Source: a virus (taxonomy: Duplodnaviria > Caudoviricetes). From it: a stretch of DNA of 31,415 bases. The notes under the pieces were generated by a model. That model was given only the letters and a program-made list of their open reading frames with translations. It was not told where the DNA came from and ran no database searches. The translations under genes and the position numbers were made by a program. The stretch spans positions 1 through 31,415 of IMG/VR virus record IMGVR_UViG_3300032225_000042; one strand, written 5' to 3'. Of this stretch, positions 24,496 through 31,415 are shown in pieces (position 1 is the first letter of the stretch; each line of letters opens with the position of its first letter).

Positions 24496-24779
24496 TTCTT
24501 TTCCCTCTCAAGTGCTTCCTTATACCCAAGAACCACCAATCCTCTTAACTGATGCGAATCAGCATTTCCTGCCCATTCACTCAAGTTATTCCAGATTACT
24601 CTGAAGTCGGAACTTTTACATAAGTACTGATGTTTTGTAAGCCACTCAGTCATCTGTTTGTACCTCTCAGTAGGGTCATGCACACCCCAAGCAATTGAGT
24701 AAAACTCACGCACACTACATAGGTCTTTCCCTGTAGATTGAAGCGATAGAGTTAAAACAAGTGCTACTAGCCATCTCAC
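24492..24779 (-). CDS. Putative exported protein with signal peptide, 95 aa
   Basis: GTG at 24779 overlaps the upstream stop; MRWLVALVLTLSLQSTG N-terminus; two Cys. Confidence 0.6.
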   Translation of the reverse strand: MRWLVALVLTLSLQSTGKDLCSVREFYSIAWGVHDPTERYKQMTEWLTKHQYLCKSSDFRVIWNNLSEWAGNADSHQLRGLVVLGYKEALEREKK

Positions 24780-24868
24780 GGGTACGCCCAAATTATGATG
24801 TAACTACAAAAGACAACAAAGCAAGCGATACAGACTGCCGCAACAAATGCTTCGGCAAAGTCTTTCAT
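24776..24868 (-). CDS. Small TM peptide, 30 aa (MKDFAEAFVAAVCIACFVVFCSYIIIWAYP)
   Basis: Manually translated; TAATG and GTGA couplings. Confidence 0.55.
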   Translation of the reverse strand: MKDFAEAFVAAVCIACFVVFCSYIIIWAYP

Positions 24869-26943
24869 TACTGTTCTGTAGGTACAAAAGCACCTTTGAA
24901 ACCAAATATTGATGAAGAACTAATAGTTGGACTCCATTGGCTTGGATCTCCCAATAGTCTCAGTACTTGATTGCGTTCAGAAGCAGGTAGGGTAGACAAC
25001 AAGTCAGCCGCACCTTGAGGTGTTTTCATCGCTTGAGTCAAAGTCTGTAAAGTTTTTGTGCTAACAGATTTTTCTAACTCACTAATCACTTTGTTAGCCG
25101 ATGAAGCAAAAACATTTAAGTAGGACGGCAATCTTATGAATGAAGTCTGTTGTTTTAACAATTGCGCAAGAGCCGCTTGTCCTGCGCTTGTTTGTTCTTT
25201 AACAGCTATTTTAGTCAATTGTTTTTGAGCTTCATCACGCAATACCGACAAACTTGAGTCTGCCAACTCAGCCGCAATGTTGTATTTACCTGGGCCTAGA
25301 ATTTTCTCAACTTCTTCGGGAGACTCATTTTGAACTAAACGAACAAATCCATCTTTGTTTGTTTTCCAGAGTTTTAGAGCCTCTCCCGTTAGTTTGCGTT
25401 CGGCAATCTTCTCCATGCCTTTTGTGTAATCAGCAAGGTATTGACGATAACCCACACCGCCAGCCTCTTCAATTGCATCAACAATAAGTGGTCTAATGTT
25501 TCCAAGAACTTTAGATGCAAGATTTCTTTGTGATGTAGCGTCAATGCCTGGTCGTAGTTTCTGAATAGCCGCATTAACTGAGTTTTTACGAATTGCATCT
25601 AAAGCTACGATGTCTACAATTCCACCGCTGTTTGTCCATTTAGCAATATCATCGGCAACATTTTTAACAACACCAACCAATACATCATCACCAGCAAACT
25701 TTGGATTATTTGCAATAGAGGAAATCTTTTGTGATAAAGCTAAACCTTCAACTGGTTTTATGCCAACAGATCGCAAAGCATCAGCCGCACCTTGTGCAAA
25801 ATGAGCACCCTGACCTAAATCTAATGATGCATCTGCCGCTTTAGAAGCCCAATTGTCAGCCATCTGAGCCAAATCACCCTTATAGGTAAACCTTGTAAAA
25901 CCGACAGGAATACCCTTCTTGATTAACTCAAGACGACCCGCCGCTTCTGCTAAGTCTCCAGCTTCAATCAATCTACGAACATCAGCAACTTTAGCCGCAG
26001 CTTCTGCTGACAATTGACCAGCTTCTGCTTCATAGGCGGCTACAGATTTACCAAGATTTGCACGATTTAATGCAGTTTCTCTGGATGGTGTTGTAACAGC
26101 ATTTAAAGCATCTTTTGCTCTTTCAGCAACAGAGCGAACTTCAGCCGCATTTTCACCACCCGCCAACTTAGACAAAGCCTTCAAAGACTCATCTTCATTA
26201 AACATTTTTACTTTTAACAAGAATTGTGGGTCTTGTTGCAGTGCGTCATTTATTAAGGCTTGCCATTTAGGATTGTTAAAAGATGCTGTAATTTCGGCAA
26301 CACTTGAATTAGGTGGAGCATTTCTTAATATCGAAAGAACTTCTGGTAGGTCTTTACCAAGAGACAATTGAGCCAATGTAGCGGCTTTTTGTTTTGATGC
26401 TTGTGATAAATCCATTAACTTACCAACACCAGCGCTTAAACCTTGTGCAACTGCACGACCACCAGCCTCATAGGTTGCGCCTTCTAAGATATTCTTAACA
26501 GGTTCTGTTTGCGCTTGTTCAGGTGTCATACCACCAAGATATATATCACCTAGTTTTAAAGCCTCTTTAGCCATTCCATATCCTAGACCTGCACCACCAA
26601 CAATGCCAGCTGGTCCTATTGGAGTTCCTAGCAAACCACCGCCAACAGCACCAAGAGCCTCAACTGTAGGAGCAACTACTGGTTTGGCAATATTGCGATA
26701 AATCAATTGGCTTAAACTTAGATTTTGTTCATTTTTGGCGGCAGGAACAGGCTTTCCATAGCCAGGTATTTGTTCTGATAATGGTGCAGGATAACGAGCC
26801 GCTAAACGAGCAGTTTCATCGGACTCTTGAGGTTTAGGTTGTGTTAGAGTACCACCCATTTGTGATGCTAAAGAAGAATAATCAACATTAGAAGATTGTG
26901 CAGCTTCACCACCAAACTGTTTAGCAAGCATTTCGTAGTCCAT
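24868..26943 (-). CDS. Internal virion / DNA ejection protein, 691 aa
   Basis: Ala/Gly-rich helical protein with a glycine-zipper hydrophobic segment; third of three large genes after the fibre module. Confidence 0.65.
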   Translation of the reverse strand: MDYEMLAKQFGGEAAQSSNVDYSSLASQMGGTLTQPKPQESDETARLAARYPAPLSEQIPGYGKPVPAAKNEQNLSLSQLIYRNIAKPVVAPTVEALGAVGGGLLGTPIGPAGIVGGAGLGYGMAKEALKLGDIYLGGMTPEQAQTEPVKNILEGATYEAGGRAVAQGLSAGVGKLMDLSQASKQKAATLAQLSLGKDLPEVLSILRNAPPNSSVAEITASFNNPKWQALINDALQQDPQFLLKVKMFNEDESLKALSKLAGGENAAEVRSVAERAKDALNAVTTPSRETALNRANLGKSVAAYEAEAGQLSAEAAAKVADVRRLIEAGDLAEAAGRLELIKKGIPVGFTRFTYKGDLAQMADNWASKAADASLDLGQGAHFAQGAADALRSVGIKPVEGLALSQKISSIANNPKFAGDDVLVGVVKNVADDIAKWTNSGGIVDIVALDAIRKNSVNAAIQKLRPGIDATSQRNLASKVLGNIRPLIVDAIEEAGGVGYRQYLADYTKGMEKIAERKLTGEALKLWKTNKDGFVRLVQNESPEEVEKILGPGKYNIAAELADSSLSVLRDEAQKQLTKIAVKEQTSAGQAALAQLLKQQTSFIRLPSYLNVFASSANKVISELEKSVSTKTLQTLTQAMKTPQGAADLLSTLPASERNQVLRLLGDPSQWSPTISSSSIFGFKGAFVPTEQ

Positions 26944-28392
26944 TTATTTCTCCAAAGATTTTTTGAACTGTGCTGCCGCTTCAGCAGTGGGAAAATTAAA
27001 AACTTGACCATTTGGTGCTGTTACAGAGTTTCCAGTGCTAGAAGGCTGAGAAACACCAGTTGATTGAGAACCTTGTTTTTTATAGTCATAAGTCATATCG
27101 TATGCTTCTTTGAGTCTATCTTTAGAGGCTCGAACTGTTGAAGCTGTTTTTAGCAATGTACTTTTTAAATCAGCAGTATCTTGTGTCCTGTTAATAGGAG
27201 CAAAAGCATCACGCAAATTCTGACCTTCTTGATTAGAAACATTACCCAAAGCACCACCAGTAGGTGAAGATGCACGAAGGTCTTGCAATTCTTGGAAACC
27301 ACCCCTAGCAACAATGCTATCGTATAAGGCTTGTGCTTGCCTTGCTTCTTTAGTAACTGGAGGAGTACGACCATAAACTAAACCGCTAATTCCAGATAAA
27401 CCTGGGTGATTAGCAAGAGTTTCTAAATCTTTTGCGAATGATTCTGATTTTGTCTCAAAAGTTTTAAGCGCAATTGTTGCTTGTGGATATTTGGCTTCAC
27501 GATTCTGAATTTCTTTAGGGGCTAGTCCTTCAAATCCTGATACAGGTGTCATGCGACCTGCCAATGCTTCTTCACGAGAAACAAGAATTTGCTTGCCAGT
27601 TTTAGGATCAATAACTGCAACAGGTGGTTGTTCTGGTCTTGGTTGACCAGGAGGTCTACTTGCTGTAGCACGAGCCAAAATAAAGTCTTGGTAAGAACCT
27701 TGGAAATTACCACCTTCAGGAGTTTTAGCAAATTGGTATTCACCAACCATTGAGGGAGGAGCTTTGTCAGTTTTACTTGTAAGTTGCTCTAAACGAAGTC
27801 TAAATTCATTGTTATATTCGGCAGAACCAACAGGGCCAGCTTGTAATGCAAATGCTGTAGCATTCTTCATTTCTGGAGAAGTTAATTCAGGTTTATCTTT
27901 ATTTATCAATTGACTTAAAGTTTGTTGATAAGCCTGATTAAACTGAGGAGTTCCTTTTTCCGCTACGCTTCCAGCAAATGCTAAAGCGTTTCGTTGCTCT
28001 GGAGTCATCTTTTCAGCAGTACGTTGTTGAGCCAAAGCTATCTCACTCTGCGCTTGACGAGCATATTGAGCCAAAGCCATAGCACCTTGTTGGTCACCCG
28101 CTTGAGCCAACATCTGAGCACCTTTTAAGATTGACTCAGGATTGGTTTGGTCTATCTGTTGGGCAATAGCATTTCGAGCACTGATTAGCTTCAGCTGAGG
28201 ATCTTCTATGCCCATAGCACCGCCTAAAGCAGTACCAAAGCCTTTAGCACCCGCATAGGTCATAGCCGCACCACGAGCAGAAGGGTCTAGTTGTGCAAGG
28301 TTAATACCTTCTTGTAGAGCACCAACACGTTGTTGCTCACCATACATTTGTGGATTTATACCGAATAGACCCGCTACGATATTGTCTGCCAT
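26944..28392 (-). CDS. Internal virion / DNA ejection protein, 482 aa
   Basis: Q/A-rich; GALGNVSNQEG motif typical of P22 gp20-like ejection proteins; position. Confidence 0.68.
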   Translation of the reverse strand: MADNIVAGLFGINPQMYGEQQRVGALQEGINLAQLDPSARGAAMTYAGAKGFGTALGGAMGIEDPQLKLISARNAIAQQIDQTNPESILKGAQMLAQAGDQQGAMALAQYARQAQSEIALAQQRTAEKMTPEQRNALAFAGSVAEKGTPQFNQAYQQTLSQLINKDKPELTSPEMKNATAFALQAGPVGSAEYNNEFRLRLEQLTSKTDKAPPSMVGEYQFAKTPEGGNFQGSYQDFILARATASRPPGQPRPEQPPVAVIDPKTGKQILVSREEALAGRMTPVSGFEGLAPKEIQNREAKYPQATIALKTFETKSESFAKDLETLANHPGLSGISGLVYGRTPPVTKEARQAQALYDSIVARGGFQELQDLRASSPTGGALGNVSNQEGQNLRDAFAPINRTQDTADLKSTLLKTASTVRASKDRLKEAYDMTYDYKKQGSQSTGVSQPSSTGNSVTAPNGQVFNFPTAEAAAQFKKSLEK

Positions 28393-28401
28393 GATGAATC
28401 C

Positions 28402-30363
28402 TTAGAAGTAAAGCGAACCAAAGTATTCGCCTGTCGATGGGTCTATACCAGTTCCATATTGTCCATAACTGAAGCCACTTGTTGCAGGCTGACTACCAAA
28501 CAATCCACCTACTACTTGACCAAATACGGGAGAAGCAGTTAAGCCGCCTAAAGCAGTTGAGTAAGGATTTGTTGTTGCCGCAGGGCTTGTAGCTAAAGCG
28601 GTACTCAATTTAGCACCACCTAAGCCCAATTGACCAACATTAGAACCTGCTTGAGCCGCTTGTTGAGCTAGAGCCGCACTCATAGTAAAGGGTTGTTGTG
28701 CCGCAGTCTCCAAGCCTTGAACTTGTCCCAAAGCAGTTGTATAGGGCGTATAAGCGGCTTGCTGACCACCATAGTACTGACCCATAGCTTGAGAGCCTTG
28801 ACCTAATAGACCCGCACCAAAAGTGACTTGCTGTTGACCATACTGTTGAGCATTAGCCGCCAGTTGAGCCTCTTGTTGAGCACGAGCGTTATACAGAGCC
28901 TGTAACTCAGGAGTAGTAGCACCCATAGTTCCACCTTGAGCAACAGAAAGACCGCCACGACCTTGTTGTTGGAGTCTATTTTGCAGATTAGCAAGTTCAG
29001 TCTCTCTGCCTGGTTGCAACAAAGCCATCTGCTGATTGAGGTAGTTCTGAGCAACATCTTGAGGATTCTGAGCTAAATATTTATTGCCCAAACCAAACAA
29101 ACTTTGTGCGCCTGTTTGTAGAGGAGAAAACTGTGCTTGTGCGCCTTCTGCTTGTACTAAACCTTGTTCAGCCAACTTAACTAAGCGGTCTTGAGCATTC
29201 TTAGCTTCAGGGCTTAGTGTGTACCCTGCGCTTGTCAATTGACCAGTTGTAGGATCAATTGCAAACTGTGAAGTACCAAACCTAGTGGTCATGCCAACTG
29301 GCCTAAAGGCAGCGGCTTGTTTGGCAGCAGCAGTTTCAGCATCAATCATCGCTTGAGCCTTTTGAGCCGCTTCACGAGATGTCTGTTGTTGTAGAAGACC
29401 TGCCGCAGTTTGTGCGCCTGTCTGGACTAGATTACCAATATTTGTAGGTGTAAAAAGACTCTTGACTGCCGTTGGAATCAATGTTGATGCCAAGGTTGTT
29501 GCAGTTGGTGTTAATGTAGATGTAAGCGCAGTTGTTGCACCTGTTGCAGCGTTAGTTAAAGCACCAGTAGTAGCGGCAGTAGTTGCCGCAGTATTTGCCG
29601 CAGTGTTGGTCAATGCGGTGTTAGCCGCAGTATTTGTAAGAGCAGTGTTATCGGCTGTGTTGGTTAATGCAGTATTTGCCGCTGTGTTAGACAACAAACC
29701 GCCAGTTGTAGCTGCCGCAGTAGTTCCAGCAGTTTGAGCCGCCTGAATAGCCGCTAACTCAGCCGCTGTAAAACCAGATGTACCACCTGCAATACCAGCA
29801 TTAGCCAAATCAAAAGCACCACCAGAGCCAGCAAACTCTAAACCTGCTCCAGTTGCACTACCAGCTGCACCACCAAGCAACCCACCGCCACCCATAAGTG
29901 CATTTGCACCAGTAGCTAGAGCTGCAATCTGAAATCCCGGGTTTGCCACAATATCTTTGATTGCACCTCCAAGTGAAGTGTCAACTTTTGAAATTGTGCC
30001 AGTTCGTTGATATGTTCCATCTGGAGCATATTGCTGATACTCTGATCCAACAGGTGCTTTGTAGTTAATATCACCATTGCTTTTAGAGACGATTACTGCC
30101 TGAAGTGGCCCAACTTGTTCATCTTGACCAGTACCAGTTAACTCATACTGAGGTGTAACTGCAACATTACCAAGAGTTTTGCTAGATCCATAAGGAATAG
30201 TAGCTCCTACACGAGAAACTACCTCTCCTACTGGTAAACCAACGGCCTCAGCCATTTGAGCAGGAGATATTTTGTAAGTCTCCATAGCCGCAACAATGTC
30301 GGCATCGCTCATGCCTGGATTAGCAAGCAAGAAATCTATAATTTGACGACTTGTTACGGCCAT
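28402..30363 (-). CDS. Internal virion / pilot-ejection protein, 653 aa
   Basis: Ala/Gly/Gln/Thr-rich low-complexity protein; FRPVGMTTRFG; position. Confidence 0.65.
   Translation of the reverse strand: MAVTSRQIIDFLLANPGMSDADIVAAMETYKISPAQMAEAVGLPVGEVVSRVGATIPYGSSKTLGNVAVTPQYELTGTGQDEQVGPLQAVIVSKSNGDINYKAPVGSEYQQYAPDGTYQRTGTISKVDTSLGGAIKDIVANPGFQIAALATGANALMGGGGLLGGAAGSATGAGLEFAGSGGAFDLANAGIAGGTSGFTAAELAAIQAAQTAGTTAAATTGGLLSNTAANTALTNTADNTALTNTAANTALTNTAANTAATTAATTGALTNAATGATTALTSTLTPTATTLASTLIPTAVKSLFTPTNIGNLVQTGAQTAAGLLQQQTSREAAQKAQAMIDAETAAAKQAAAFRPVGMTTRFGTSQFAIDPTTGQLTSAGYTLSPEAKNAQDRLVKLAEQGLVQAEGAQAQFSPLQTGAQSLFGLGNKYLAQNPQDVAQNYLNQQMALLQPGRETELANLQNRLQQQGRGGLSVAQGGTMGATTPELQALYNARAQQEAQLAANAQQYGQQQVTFGAGLLGQGSQAMGQYYGGQQAAYTPYTTALGQVQGLETAAQQPFTMSAALAQQAAQAGSNVGQLGLGGAKLSTALATSPAATTNPYSTALGGLTASPVFGQVVGGLFGSQPATSGFSYGQYGTGIDPSTGEYFGSLYF
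29581..29688 (-). repeat. 4 x 27-nt degenerate tandem repeat encoding NTA(A/D)NTA(L/A)T
   Basis: Protein NTAANTALT-NTADNTALT-NTAANTALT-NTAANTAAT; the DNA units differ at third positions. Confidence 0.88.
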
Positions 30364-30368
30364 GATGT

Positions 30369-30509
30369 TTACTCCGCTTCTTTAGGAACTTGCGCTTCAG
30401 CCTGTTCTTTAATCTTCAAAATTAAAGGCCATACGCCTGATTTTGCGGGCATCTCACCCAGCACGTTCAAGATAAATTGCACTTCGTTTGCGTCTAAATT
30501 CAAATTCAT
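30369..30509 (-). CDS. Hypothetical protein, 46 aa (MNLNLDANEVQFILNVLGEMPAKSGVWPLILKIKEQAEAQVPKEAE)
   Basis: Manually translated; GGAG RBS; ATGA coupling. Confidence 0.72.
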   Translation of the reverse strand: MNLNLDANEVQFILNVLGEMPAKSGVWPLILKIKEQAEAQVPKEAE

Positions 30510-30805
30510 GTTGCACTCCAAGGAACGCCTGTTGAGGTAACAGGATTCTTCTGTAAAGCAATATTAGCCGCCAGAGCATCTTCAGTGGCTTGCTTGTCAA
30601 CACCATTAGCCCATACCCAACCAAGGACTGTTTCTTGTGTGAGGTCTGCATATGGAATCGTTGGTGTGCCATCAGCCCATGAGCAAGTTGAGTAGATAGA
30701 GGCTGTGTAGTCTCCATCAGTAGCCGTAGCAGTCCAATGTGCAGTTGTTACGAAGCCGTTTGAGGTTTCACGCTCAAGTGTTGAGATAGTCCATTGTGTA
30801 GTCAT
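30506..30805 (-). CDS. Tail-fibre-associated small protein, 99 aa
   Basis: WTISTLER...VTTAHW...PYADLTQETVLGWV...GVPW pattern commonly following fibre genes; AAGGA RBS. Confidence 0.72.
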   Translation of the reverse strand: MTTQWTISTLERETSNGFVTTAHWTATATDGDYTASIYSTCSWADGTPTIPYADLTQETVLGWVWANGVDKQATEDALAANIALQKNPVTSTGVPWSAT

Positions 30806-30969
30806 GCTATTTCCTTTGAGGTTAATTGCTTATAGTGAAAAAAACAATCCTTGATTCTGTTTTGCCAACATGGGTAAGGGTCTTTGTATTGGCACTCTTT
30901 GTTATTGCACCACACACCAGTAGGTGATGAACCCATTGTTTCTTGTTTGCACTCAGGACAAGTAGTCAT
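30802..30969 (-). CDS. Small Cys-rich zinc-ribbon-like protein, 55 aa
   Basis: MTTCPECKQETMGSSPTGVWCNNKECQYKDPYPCWQNRIKDCFFHYKQLTSKEIA; GAGG upstream; stop overlaps the next ATG. Confidence 0.55.
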   Translation of the reverse strand: MTTCPECKQETMGSSPTGVWCNNKECQYKDPYPCWQNRIKDCFFHYKQLTSKEIA

Positions 30970-30971
30970 CT

Positions 30972-31217
30972 TCAAGCCTCAGTAGGGTTATAAGGTTGTG
31001 GAGATGTCTGAGTCCAAGCGTATGTGGCAATGCTCAAGTAATAAGCCTCATCCAATACTGTTGATGCTTGTGGGTCATTTGGTACTAGAGTTGTACGCCA
31101 GTAAGTTGACGAGATGACAACATCATCCTTGAGTACATCGGTAGTCTTGCGAACACCAATGCAACCATTGGGTTGAATGTCAAACTGAGAAATGTATGTG
31201 ATTTCAGATAAAGCCAT
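30972..31217 (-). CDS. Tail-fibre-associated (chaperone-like) protein, 81 aa
   Basis: AAGGA RBS; directly after the fibre stop; NG.I.VR....DDVVISSTYWR. Confidence 0.7.
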   Translation of the reverse strand: MALSEITYISQFDIQPNGCIGVRKTTDVLKDDVVISSTYWRTTLVPNDPQASTVLDEAYYLSIATYAWTQTSPQPYNPTEA

Positions 31218-31228
31218 GATTTGTTCCT

Positions 31229-31415
31229 TTAAACATCGTAAGAAAATTGTGCATAAGTTTGTCCAGCAGTGCCACCAGTAAAGGTATAGAAAAATAGAGT
31301 TGTTAATCCCGCTTGAACAGTTGCAGCACTTGCGGTGGCAGGAGTAACTGAACCACTAAATACAATAAATACCCCATTTGAAATAGTTGCTGAAGCAGTA
31401 AATGGTAAGCCACCA
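31229..31415 (-). CDS. Tail fibre, 3' end (continuation of 2316-1 across the circular junction)
   Basis: In frame with 2316-1 via the 85-bp overlap; ...AGLTTLFFYTFTGGTAGQTYAQFSYDV then TAA at 31231-31229. Confidence 0.85.
   Translation of the reverse strand, partial: GGLPFTASATISNGVFIVFSGSVTPATASAATVQAGLTTLFFYTFTGGTAGQTYAQFSYDV
31331..31415. repeat. Terminal direct repeat, right copy
   Basis: Identical to bases 1-85. Confidence 0.97.

Noticed and set aside
29581-29688. Tandem repeats as a CRISPR array or DGR template/variable repeats
   Set aside because: In-frame coding repeats without spacers; no cas or reverse transcriptase gene in the genome.
31331-31415. 85-bp terminal repeat as a biological direct terminal repeat or att site
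   Set aside because: It lies mid-gene in the tail fibre and is best explained as assembler overlap of a circular or permuted genome.

Overview
The window is an apparently complete, circularly assembled genome of about 31,330 bp from a small tailed dsDNA phage with podovirus-like organisation. Bases 1-85 are repeated exactly at 31331-31415, and the tail-fibre ORF reads through that junction. One long minus-strand late operon runs terS, terL, portal, scaffold, major capsid, small basic proteins, adaptor, nozzle, tail fibre, then across the junction through three ejection-type proteins, a lysis cassette, an HEXXH protein and a metallophosphoesterase. A divergent early region carries a DUF1376-type initiator with internal iterons, an N4/N6 DNA methyltransferase, HNH and VRR-NUC-like nucleases (minus strand), and an ERF recombinase, SSB-like protein, wHTH protein and MazG-like protein (plus strand). 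A small plus-strand island encodes a GP88-like Cys-rich protein. I see no integrase, CI-like repressor, DNA polymerase, tRNA, rRNA or CRISPR array. The gene set resembles freshwater phages of Betaproteobacteria (inference). Most notable: (1) a palindromic TAGGG-N5-CCCTA-type box at a fixed 22-24 nt upstream of the -10 hexamer of five promoters; (2) a gene-free cluster of LexA-, Fur- and TAGGG-like boxes plus a G-tract upstream of terS; (3) an HNH endonuclease that shares its first 10 codons, synonymously recoded, with the next gene; (4) two candidate structured RNAs; (5) near-absence of CCGG. All family names come from motif recognition, not from database searches.
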